DNA of 63,320 nt, counting the filler, from Intoshia linei (Eukaryota; Animalia; Orthonectida): assembly GCA_001642005.1 (NCBI GenBank). It is 5 parts of 5 records of this genome, joined end to end, with 100 filler letters (N's around TTAATTAATTAA, not from the genome) between each part and the next. Parts side by side here need not be neighbours in the genome. Positions count along the whole stretch, not along the records: positions 21,745 to 52,796 come from LWCA01000342.1; 4 more parts are not named here. One strand, written 5' to 3'. Below, piece after piece: positions 39,144 to 50,200 of this stretch. The notes under the pieces were generated by a model. That model was not told the DNA's origin. It ran no database searches and saw only the letters and a list, made by a program, of their open reading frames with translations. The position numbers and the translations under genes are program-made. Each line of letters begins with the position of its first letter. Position 1 is the first letter of the stretch.

Positions 39144-40650
39144 GAAAATTATGAAGACTATAAAAGGTATTCCAAATAGAGGTCAACTTAAACTATGCTT
39201 TGTAGATTATTTTGCATATTTGGACGTGTTCTAAACTAAACAAATGAGTACAGCTGAGTAAATAATATTGACAAAATTTAAATTTATATATTAACTTCAA
39301 TTATAAAAAAATTAACACAATGTAATGCATTGTATTTATCGAATCACGGTGAATGAAACAACATTAATAATTATTGTTTCATAGGGTGTTGTCCACCGAA
39401 AAGTTAAATTTAATTCAGTAGATAATTTAATTAGGTGTATTGAATGGAATACTCATTATTTTATTTATGAACTCATCATAATCGATATTTCAGTATTTAA
39501 TTTTCCATTTCATATGCATTCATTTTGTTTATATTTATTATTATTTTGACAAGTGAAATATTTTCAATTTGTAATCTTGTTTCAAAAGCTCAGTTTTTTC
39601 AATTATTATATATTAAATATACAAAATACACATTTTCAGTACCCGATATTCATTATGATTTTGTTTTTTATATTAATCAATATGTAAAACAAAATTCGCA
39701 TAATTTATACAATTTGACATTTATTTTGCTGGATTAATAATTATATTGTTTAAAAAGTCAATAATATGTATTTTCATATTTTATTTTTAAATTATTTTTT
39801 TCAATATATCAACTTGTCAACTATATGGCTATAGATTTAAGGTAAATATAAAAAGAATTATATACAATTCACTACAATTAATTTTCTTTTAATTAACATA
39901 CTGGCATTGCAGATTTTTCGTTTATAATTCTTTTCAGGCAATTGAATTGTTTTATTTATTTAATACAATGTACAATACATGTAATGGTAAGTTTCCAAAA
40001 ATGTGTCTCTAATGTAGCACCCGTTTTTGCCACCATTCTCACCACCTTTATTCAGGTTAAAATATAAATACAAGATTTTGTTTATTTGTTATTGACAAAG
40101 TAGCTTATAAATGCTTACATAATGTTAAATATATAGACTATCTTTTAATTCAAATAAATTTTACAATTTAAAATTAATAACGTTGAATAATCTAAGAAAT
40201 TTTGAATTTTCATCATGACTTGGGACAGAATCTTTAATTATAATTATAAATAAACCCTGCAAAATTAATTTAGCTCAAGTGTAGTTTCAATATTTTTTAT
40301 TCATATCATGAAACTCTTGGTAATTTTTTAATTAATCTAAAATTTTAATTTTTGAGATATTTTCAGGTAAATATCTGAAAATAAAAATTTAAAATAAAAA
40401 AATTATCTAAAAATATATGTAGCCAAAGTACAATAATTAAATTACATTAAACTATATATTTTAAAATATTGGTTCACCTACTAAAATCTAATCTACAATG
40501 TAAATTCTACATTTGTATTTCTAATTTTGTTTGTTAAATATCAAACAAAAATGGCATAATATGTTTAAAATAATAAATAAATATAATTAAAATTAATGTC
40601 ATCATTATTCAATTATATTTACAAAAATTTTGACTCTTAAGAGGGGTTAA

Positions 40651-41541
40651 TCCTTACATATATAAAGTAATTTAGTTAAAAATGTATTTATGTTTATGTG
40701 TCTGTTTGTCTGCTTGTTCCAGTTCATTTAAAAAATAAGAGGAATCGAGTTTTATAAATTCCATATATCTGTAATAATTTTCTAGTTTTGTCATAGTTTA
40801 TCGCAAATTTAATTTTCAGAAATTGAGTCCTTCAAGGTAAAAAACCCCACTTATCCTTTTTTGAAAATTCAAACCACTCCTAAAATTATAAAAAATACAC
40901 AATCTGATAAACACTTTCAAATTATTAACTTTATGAAAAATGTTATATCTTCATGACCATAACCTCAAATTACCCTTTTTTTTAAAAATGAAAAAGATGC
41001 TAGAATTTTATACAACATAAATTCAAATATTTTTTAAAATTTTATAAAACAAAAATTATGGGATAATTTTTAAAATCATAAACAGTATCATAAATGGCAA
41101 CCTCAAAAAAAATAATTTTCACGATCAAAACCCCAGATTACCCTTTTTTTCAATGAAAATAGCCTTAGAGTTAAAAAAATACAAATGGTACAGTTGTATC
41201 CTGTTAATACACACAAATAATTTCAATCTGAATAAGTGACGCCTTCATGATCAAAAAAAAACCCTTTAGTAATCATTTTTTATTTCGAAACTATTTTATT
41301 AACAAAAAAAAATACAAAATTTGAAATAATTAACAGTTCTACAATTACAATTACTTCCTCCTTCAAAGTGCAAAAATTCCTATAACTGTAGCATGTTTTT
41401 AAATGTGCTGAATCTTTTATTTATTGAAACAAAAAAATTTTTAATTATCAAAAGCAGATACTTAATATATTTCAACACACGATAAAAAAAGTACTACAGA
41501 TATTTAAAGTACAAAATTTTTGTACTTAACAGTCAAGCTAG
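40651..41541 (+). mobile_element. Non-autonomous Helitron-like element
   Basis: Begins A|TCCTTACATATATAAAG followed by a GT-rich tract. Has internal tandem subrepeats (AAAACC.CA.ATTACCCTTTTTT...CTAGAATTT). Ends AACAGTCAAGCTAG|T with no TSD. Confidence 0.75.
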
Positions 41542-42851
41542 TGTACTAATATATAAACAATATTTGTATCGGTATCATGCATATACTAATCATCTATAAC
41601 ATTTTTTATTGATTTATGGGTTTCAATAAAATTAAATTAAGTACATTAAATATAATATTTTAATTATTTTAATCTCAAATTAATCAATCAAACAATCGAT
41701 ATTTTGGATTAACATATACATATTTTACATTTAAATTAATTTAAAATTTAGTCAAATGTAACATTTTAATCAAAACTAATTTATTTGAACGTTATTTATA
41801 CATTTGTATATCAAACAAAGTAATTTTAATTAAAATATTATTATTATTATATTTATTAAAATTTCCATTAACCAAATTGAAGAAGATTATGATTAGTGAA
41901 TATATAGAGTTTGTACAATGAAAAAATAGACCCTTGTATTTCAGTTTATGTTAAATTTTAGCAAAAAAAAAATAATTTCTGATAATGAAACCAACTTTTT
42001 GTTGAAATTGTAGAACGAATATTTAAATTTTCATTTTTTATTGTAATTCAAAAATATTGGTTTATAATGTACTGCTGTATTAATATTCGTTTTTTGACCA
42101 GGAATATGTGTAGATTGTGAATGTCTGAACTTAATTTTTTCAAATTCTTTGATAATAACATTAACTTTACTTATATAAATTAAAATCTACTAAAACTTTG
42201 TAACCATTTATTGAGATAATTCACGACCGCAGAAATTTAAAAACTAAAAATTCTAACCACGTTTTTTTCGGTACAAAACGTAAGATAAATTTCAAAATCA
42301 GAAATTGTCTTCTTCATGGCTAAAACCACAAATTACTCATTTTTAAAATTAATTAAGTCAGTATAAATATATATAAATAATTGATTGTCAGTATTTAAAT
42401 TGAAGGGCAGTAAAAAAAATTATTTTGACAGTACTTTAAATATACTGTCAGTATTTAAATTAAAAACTGACAAATATGTAATTGAATACTGACAAAGTAC
42501 ATTTTATTACTGACATTTTAATATTTATACTGACAATTTTTGTTGAAAATAATGAAAATTTTTTATTAAAATACTGATAAATAAAATACTTCCCAAATTT
42601 AAGTGAGAAAATGAGGATGTTTTAAGATTTAGTTTATTGGATTTTTCAAAATAATGGGTCAATGTTTAAGTATTTTTGGTTTTGACCGTGAAGTCGTAGG
42701 TTAGTGAGAGTTAAACGTATCCTAATTTCTGCGCCAAAAAAAATGTCTTTAAATTTATGTTTTATAAATTTCTAGGCTTGTCAGTTTTCTAAATAAATGG
42801 TCACATTTTTAGCAAGTTTTATATAATATTTAGATTAATCAACATAAATTG

Positions 42852-45800
42852 ATGAAATTATCAATTAAAATATGGTCATTTTTTCACTTGTTAAATTTGA
42901 TAAAAAACTTTAATATAGACAAATACGAAACGACTTCAAAATTTTACAAATTTGATGAAATTACAAGTAAATTTATAGAAAAATCAGTTGTAAAAACAGA
43001 TTATAAACTAATGGACAGTGAAAACTATCTATACTATACAATTGTAGAAGAAAACTTTCAAGCAATATACATTGGAAATGTAATGCGTGATTTAAAAAAA
43101 TTTGACTATGTAAACAAAAAAAGCAAATTTTTAATTTTGAATCATCTAATTGATGAAAAATTAAAAAATGTAAACTTTACAGTTAATTATCTAAACGGAG
43201 ACATGCACATACAAAACAAAGTAGATCGAGACGATATATGTGCAAACGCAGTGGATTGTGATTTGTGTTATAAAATTGCAATTTTACCGTTAGAAAACAT
43301 GATTACTGTGAATATAATTATAAAAATAATGGATATAAACGATAACAGTCCTTTTTTCATAAAATTTAAAAATTTAACCAAATTTTATGAATACTCTGAA
43401 ATTAACCATTTAAATAAAATGCATTCATCTGTATACAATGTTAGTATCAGTGAAAAAGCTAAACCAGGTCATTTGATAAAACTACCTCAAGTGTATGATA
43501 TTGATCATCCTAGAAATGGAATAAAAGAATTTATTCTATTAAATAAAGGATCAAGTAATGTCAACCCCATTGAAATATTCCCCTTTTCAATTGTTTATAG
43601 AAAAGGAATGGTTGTTAGTTCAAAAAATGTCATTTATAAAAATAGTGAGAATTTTGTAAAAATAAAAAATATTTGGTTAAATTTGACCACTTTTCTGGAT
43701 TATGAAATGACTCAAAGCTATGAATTTGTAATTCAAGCTAATGACGGGAAATATAAAACAAATTTATCAATATTTGTTAAAGTTTTGGATGAAAATGATA
43801 ATTTGCCAATTTTTTTAACTGAATATGACAGAAAAAAGGTTATTGACCATTTTAATTTAAATAAAACGAAAAATTTACCAATTTCAAGTCTTTATAAAAT
43901 GTTAAATTTTTCCGTAAAGAAACAATTTGAAAAAAATTACATTTGTCAGCGTATGGTAAAAATTAAAGAAAATTTACCCATAAACTCTCAAATTTATCAA
44001 TTCTTTGTGGTGGACCCAGATTCCGGGAGAAATTCAGATATCGACTATTCTCTAGAAAAATCAGATATAAAAAACATTGAAAATTTCAATTTAGATGCGT
44101 ACGGGATTTTGTACAATAAAATTGTCCTCAAGTATAAAGAGACTAAAAAAATTGAAATAAAAATTCAGGCCTGCAATATACATAGTTTAAATTTCAAGTG
44201 TTCAAAATGTAGTTTAATTATTTACGTTATTGATACCAACGATCATAAACCGTTAATAACATTAAATACATTGACGAAAGAAAAAAGTGTAAAAATTTAT
44301 GAAAATGAAAAAATTGGTACATTTATATCATATATCGAGGTATATGACCCTGATGACGACGAATTTGGACAAGTAATGTGTAGATTAAACGAGGAAAATG
44401 ATTCGAATTTTAAAATAATCAAGATTTTGAAAAATAAATTCAGTCTCGTGACAAATGCGATATTAAACAGAGAAAAAACGTCCATGTTTATTATCCAAAT
44501 TACCTGTTTCGATAATTATAAAAAAATTGAAAAAAATTTATCAAACTACACAGAAAAATCATTGAATATTGAAATTATAGATCGTAATGATAATGCACCC
44601 GTATTAAAAACGAATAAAACTCATATAAACCTTCAAGTCGCAGAAAATAACGAAAAGGGGATTTTATTATTACATTTCGATGCAATTGATTTAGATGACC
44701 ATAAAAATGGACAAATTAATTACATTTTAGATGAAGAATCAAAAAAATCGTTTTACTGTAAAAATGATTCAATGTACACCAAAATAACGTTTGATAGAGA
44801 AAAAACTAGCAATTATACAATTTTTTTAACATTACAAGACCAAGCAACGATTATATCAGAAAGATTGAGCACAGTCATTGAAATTTACATCGAAATCATT
44901 GATTTGGATGACAATTTGCCTTGTTTCAAACACAATTTCTATACCTTTAAAATTTTTGAAAATTTACCAATTTTAAAAGTTGTCGGTCAAATTAAAGCCA
45001 ACGATGTTGATGGTGCACCAAACAACATTTTCACATATTATTTGAATGAAAAGAATCAATTTTATCGCAATTTTAGCAACTCTGATGCTTTCATATCATT
45101 ATACAATCTTTTCAACTCTGATATACTTGACCAAGAAAGTAAAAATTTTGCAATAAACCCTAAAACAGGTCAAATAAAGTCTTTAGTCACATTTGATGAA
45201 AAAGATGACAATATTTACCATTTAGTAGCTGTTGTAGTTCCAGACGACACATTTAAAAATTACCGTTTTGGTAATATGGATAATTTTCACCATCAACTCA
45301 AAATGAGTCCACAATGTGCGTTTGTAAAAATTATTATTCATATCGTACCAAATTCCAAAAAAAGACAAACTTTTGCAACTAAAAATAGTGACATTGTTAA
45401 TGCCAGAGAAATTTATCTTGACCGGTACAAATCGTATTATGAAAAGTATAAAAAATTGTACAACATGAAATACATTATTAACGATAAATTTAATAAATCA
45501 ATTTTTGTCAATGTCGATTACCGCAGAAATAAATTTGAACAACTGTTTCAAATTATCCCAAAGGATGTGAGGTATCAGAATGGAACCATGAAATTTTCAA
45601 TTATTTATCACAAGAATGATACTGTTCCAATTTTTTTTGTTCAGTCTCAAACGGGACTCATTTATTCAAATCAAAACATGTCTCTACTTAATGGAAATTC
45701 TTATCATTTGAAAATTGTCATCAATGAAATTGGAACCCAAATTTATAAATCTAGAATTAATGTTTTTATCAATGTTGTCGATCGGAAATTTAAATTTCAA

Positions 45801-45947
45801 TATATACCTAAATATTCTACATTACATCAATTTAAATATGAAAAGGTTGGATTAATTTTAATTCTTCTTTCAACCATTGTTATATTAATTATTGGTATTC
45901 TCATTTTTTATTTGATAAAGTGTAAAAAGTACAAAATTTTTGATTAA
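42852..45947 (+). CDS. Protocadherin (delta-like, ~7 EC repeats), single exon
   Basis: Signal-peptide-like N-terminus and EC1 motifs YTIVEE and DRDDICANAVDC. Ca-binding linkers DINDNSP, DENDNLP, DTNDHKP, DRNDNAP, DLDDNLP, plus LDYE/DRE motifs. C-terminal TM helix. First ATG at 42852. Confidence 0.9.
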   Translation: MKLSIKIWSFFHLLNLIKNFNIDKYETTSKFYKFDEITSKFIEKSVVKTDYKLMDSENYLYYTIVEENFQAIYIGNVMRDLKKFDYVNKKSKFLILNHLIDEKLKNVNFTVNYLNGDMHIQNKVDRDDICANAVDCDLCYKIAILPLENMITVNIIIKIMDINDNSPFFIKFKNLTKFYEYSEINHLNKMHSSVYNVSISEKAKPGHLIKLPQVYDIDHPRNGIKEFILLNKGSSNVNPIEIFPFSIVYRKGMVVSSKNVIYKNSENFVKIKNIWLNLTTFLDYEMTQSYEFVIQANDGKYKTNLSIFVKVLDENDNLPIFLTEYDRKKVIDHFNLNKTKNLPISSLYKMLNFSVKKQFEKNYICQRMVKIKENLPINSQIYQFFVVDPDSGRNSDIDYSLEKSDIKNIENFNLDAYGILYNKIVLKYKETKKIEIKIQACNIHSLNFKCSKCSLIIYVIDTNDHKPLITLNTLTKEKSVKIYENEKIGTFISYIEVYDPDDDEFGQVMCRLNEENDSNFKIIKILKNKFSLVTNAILNREKTSMFIIQITCFDNYKKIEKNLSNYTEKSLNIEIIDRNDNAPVLKTNKTHINLQVAENNEKGILLLHFDAIDLDDHKNGQINYILDEESKKSFYCKNDSMYTKITFDREKTSNYTIFLTLQDQATIISERLSTVIEIYIEIIDLDDNLPCFKHNFYTFKIFENLPILKVVGQIKANDVDGAPNNIFTYYLNEKNQFYRNFSNSDAFISLYNLFNSDILDQESKNFAINPKTGQIKSLVTFDEKDDNIYHLVAVVVPDDTFKNYRFGNMDNFHHQLKMSPQCAFVKIIIHIVPNSKKRQTFATKNSDIVNAREIYLDRYKSYYEKYKKLYNMKYIINDKFNKSIFVNVDYRRNKFEQLFQIIPKDVRYQNGTMKFSIIYHKNDTVPIFFVQSQTGLIYSNQNMSLLNGNSYHLKIVINEIGTQIYKSRINVFINVVDRKFKFQYIPKYSTLHQFKYEKVGLILILLSTIVILIIGILIFYLIKCKKYKIFD

Positions 45948-47298
45948 ATTGTTGACCAGTCTGGTTTTTTAGATGTTTGTTTGTTTTTTAATAAAATATT
46001 TTACTTTATTTTAGGGTTCTAAAGTTTTAGGGTATTAATCCCTTCGGCTTTTTTGTAATATAATAAATAAAGTTGAAACTGGTTAAATCAGGGTTGCCAA
46101 AATTTTACATACTATGCGCTACATGTTTATCATGCCATCTCAAATGCGCCAAATTTGTTTTGAAAGTCCGACTACTTACGAAATTTCGTTTTCAATTCAA
46201 CAAGTTCCATTTGTATATTATTTGCCAATATTAGTTTCTCATGATCAAAGAAAATCCTTTACTTATATAAGAATGTTAAAACCCAACTTCTAATACAGTT
46301 TTTCCTAGCGTGTTTTTATCTATTTTTTAGTTTCACAATTTGAGTTCTTCAGGGTTTAAAACACAATTTCCCCTTTTGTTTAAAAAAAATTAGCCCAAAA
46401 ATTTTATAAAACATACATCCTGGGATGCGTTTTAAAATAATTAACATTGTCGTTAATCTCTGCCTCAGAAACGCATACCTTCATGCTCAAAACCACAAAT
46501 TATCCTTTTTTTAAAAATGAAACATGTCACCAAATTTTAAAAACATCATATTCTGGAAAGCGTTTGAAATTCATTAACATTTTCGTAAATATTTATTTCA
46601 AGAAAGTGTATTATCACAATCAAAACTTCAGATTATACTTTTTTTAAAATGATAATAGCCCTAAAACAGTGTTTCCGCTTGCCCGTCCGCGGACCAGTAC
46701 TGGTCGGTGAAATATTTTTACTAATCAAAAGTCAATTATTACTTTTTTATCAATTTATTTTATTGTTGCATAGTAATTTCGCTTTAATGTTCCGCGAGAA
46801 ATTTTATAATGTATTACCGGTCCAACGTGAAAAAAGTGTTGAAACCTCTGAAATAAAGTTTTTTATTGATTTTGAAGGCGTTATGTGTCATTTAAAATAT
46901 TAATATTATTGAACTTTTTTTTATTATATTTTTCAAAATACTGGGTAATTTGTATTTTTGACTGTGATGATGAACATTTTCAACAATAAAAATAATAAAC
47001 TTAGCCTTGAAAAGATCATTTTACAATAAAAAGGTAAATTTGGGATTTAACAATTTTTTGAGATATAAATTTATCGTATTTTCTCCGCTGGTATAAGCTG
47101 ATTTAGAATTTATATTTTTGAAACTTCTGGGACTAACCATTTTCTAAATAAATGGTTACACACAGACAGAACGACACATTTTTGAAATTTTTATTTTATA
47201 CTAGTAAGGATGGCAAGAAGTAAACAATAAGAAACAAACAATTATAAAATTTATTACAATAAATTTCTTTAATGTACAATAGGTGGTTAGTTGATAAG

Positions 47299-50200
47299 TT
47301 ATATATTTTGAATATGAGATCTTTCAATAATGAAATATGTTGATGAAAACGTCGTGGATAAATCTTTAGAAGGTGCAATTATATCATTTTTGGGGATATT
47401 TTCATTTTGTAATAATTTTAATGAATTTTGTAAATTTATTTTCGGTAGGTTGAAATTTAGAGATAAAGGTATTTTTGTATTTCCTCCAAAGTATAAATAA
47501 TCCTTGTTTGTTTTTAATGGTCGATTCCCCACTAAGATTATTTTATTTTTAAATTTTGAAAATTACAATTACTACAGTAGTTGAAATCAGTTAATCTCAA
47601 AGTTGGAAATAATTCTACAAGAGGATAATACATATAAACTAGTCGTTCCCGATTGGGGGTCCCTTGAGAAAAAAAGGGAAAAATTTCCTTTTTCTAATAA
47701 TTTTTTGAAAAAATCATTTTACCAAATCAATGAAAAAAAACTTTTATTTCAAGTCCAAAATAAAAATCCAATTTACCAAAGATTAACAGAAATATACTGT
47801 TTCCAATATTTTTTTAAAAATATAGATAAATTCGTAGATTTTAAATCCATTAATAAATGGAAATAATCATATATGGGTGGATATATTCATACAGAAACTG
47901 AATATAACCACATATGAGAAATACTGATTTAAACAAAAAATATTAAAATTACTGGTAAGAAATCTGGTTTCTCTATCTGCATGACAAACACTCTTGTGTG
48001 TTATTCCTTTATAGATCAAATTTCTTCAATATGAATTACAATATAAGTTAAATTTTAAGTGCATGTTACTGTTCGTTTAACTTACTTTAAGGTTTCACTC
48101 ATTGTGAATAATTTCTTACTAATTAAATCTTAAGTGGCTCAGAAAAATTTAATGTAAACTTAAAAATCATGGTAAAAAAAATTGAGAATCCCTGGTAAAT
48201 GTAAAATAAAACTACATTTTTGGAATTGACTTAAAATCCAAACTAATGGTAAAATGTATGTAAAATATAAAATTTATGTTGTAAAAAAAAATTCAATTTT
48301 GTTAACTAAGTTTCACATTATGCATTATTATTCCTCTGATGCAGTGGTTCCAAAATTTTTTAATTATACCCTTAAAATTCTCGCCACATACCTAATTTAA
48401 CTTAATATTGTATTAAAGATTATAAATATGGATTTTTTTTTTTGTATAAAATTTTAAATATAATGTAGTTTAAGAAATAGCGATTTCTACTGCAGTCTTA
48501 AACAAAATTATGTTAAATAATTGTTTAAAAAATATTATTTATATATATTTGATGGGAAATTCACCTATGTACCACATTTTGTTGTTTTGCATGTGTTTTA
48601 ATTTTAACTAACATTTCCTTTTGTTTCAATTGATAGTAATCTTGTTTAATTCTTTTTAAATCACAGAAAAAATTAATAACATCCATAAAATTAAAATCAT
48701 GTTCAAAATCTAAAAAATAAACTTAATGTATTTGTCATTTAAAAAATTATTAAACTTGACGATAAAGTTAACATATTATGTAGAAGTGAATTAAATTGTC
48801 ATACGCCATAATCGGCGTATACCTGCATTAGGGTGTCATTATGATAATTTTTTAAATTTATAAAAAACTATAATAATCATTTTTACTCGCCGAAAAATTG
48901 CACAAGTTTTCACAACCACCCAGAATGCAAAATAAATTAACATTTAAGAATTTTTTAAGAAGCATATCCCGTTCCATAGGTAGCGTTAAATGGTAAATAA
49001 TATTATTACCGCTTTTTTCATATTTTTCACCATACTAAAAATAACATTTATTAAACATTTAATAAAATGTTACTTTAAAATATTTATCTTTATAAATGTA
49101 TAAATTTTCGTCAATAAATGATTTTAAAGGATTATCATCATCACGACTGTCATCATTAATAAAATTGATTAAATTTGATAAATTTCTAAAATTTATATAC
49201 AATATAATAATAATTTATATGTTAATTTGTTACTGACGCATTGGTTTGAAGAAATTTTTTTATATTAATAACTAGTCTGTCTATTTTGTACTTTGTACCA
49301 ACAGTAGTTATCTCTGCCAAGAGCCGAATTTTTTTATTTTACAATTGTTAACCGTTTACTGTCCCCGCACATATAAATGACACGATTCTGAAATAAATTT
49401 GAAAAAAATATACGATGAATTTTGCTAATTAACAATAATAACCTACCAAAAAAAAATTAGTTCATTAATACGTGCTAATTACGAGTGTTCCATTAATGGA
49501 AAATTGGTAACATTGAGTACTAAAACACAAATTATACTATTTAATATGATAAATCTTAAAACATTTCAGGTGTATATTTTTGTGATATTTTTCATTTGTA
49601 TGTATTCTTATGACACACTGCACATCGCGCCTGTTTCGCTTGACTAATCAAGTAATGATTTAATCCATCAAATCTGATCTCCTGTAGTGGGTTTGAACCA
49701 GGTCCAGATAATATACTATTTGTTATAGATGATGCACTTTTGACAAGATATATAGCAAAAGCGGATCGAAAAGAAATGTGTGATTCCTTCATATTATCTC
49801 CTAAATGCTCAATAAATAAACAATTTAAAAATATTACTATTTTGATAAATTCTCCACGATGCTAACACTAAAAAATTAACTGCATTGATAAAAAAATTCC
49901 AATACCACTTTTTGCTTTGCAATTTTGGTCGATAGGATGATAATAATTTGTCCATTAAATGAACACTACCCATAAATTTATTTATAAATTTATTCATCAA
50001 TAAGCGGAGAATTTAATTTACCAAATTTCATCTTTATAATAATGAAGCATGATATAACTTAGTCACTATATTGTATTAAATCTAGTGTTCCATTAATGGA
50101 ACACCGGACAGTAAACGGTTAAACAGATTTAAAAATCATAAATAATAAATTCTTGGATATTTTTTAAAATCATAAGCATAAATCGTAACCTTAAAAACAT

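Noticed and set aside
49271-49340. Apparent coding extension of the orphan gene
   Set aside because: It is the reverse complement of the Helitron-like 3' end (GGCAGAG...GTACAAAGTAC...CTAG) and has an upstream in-frame stop.
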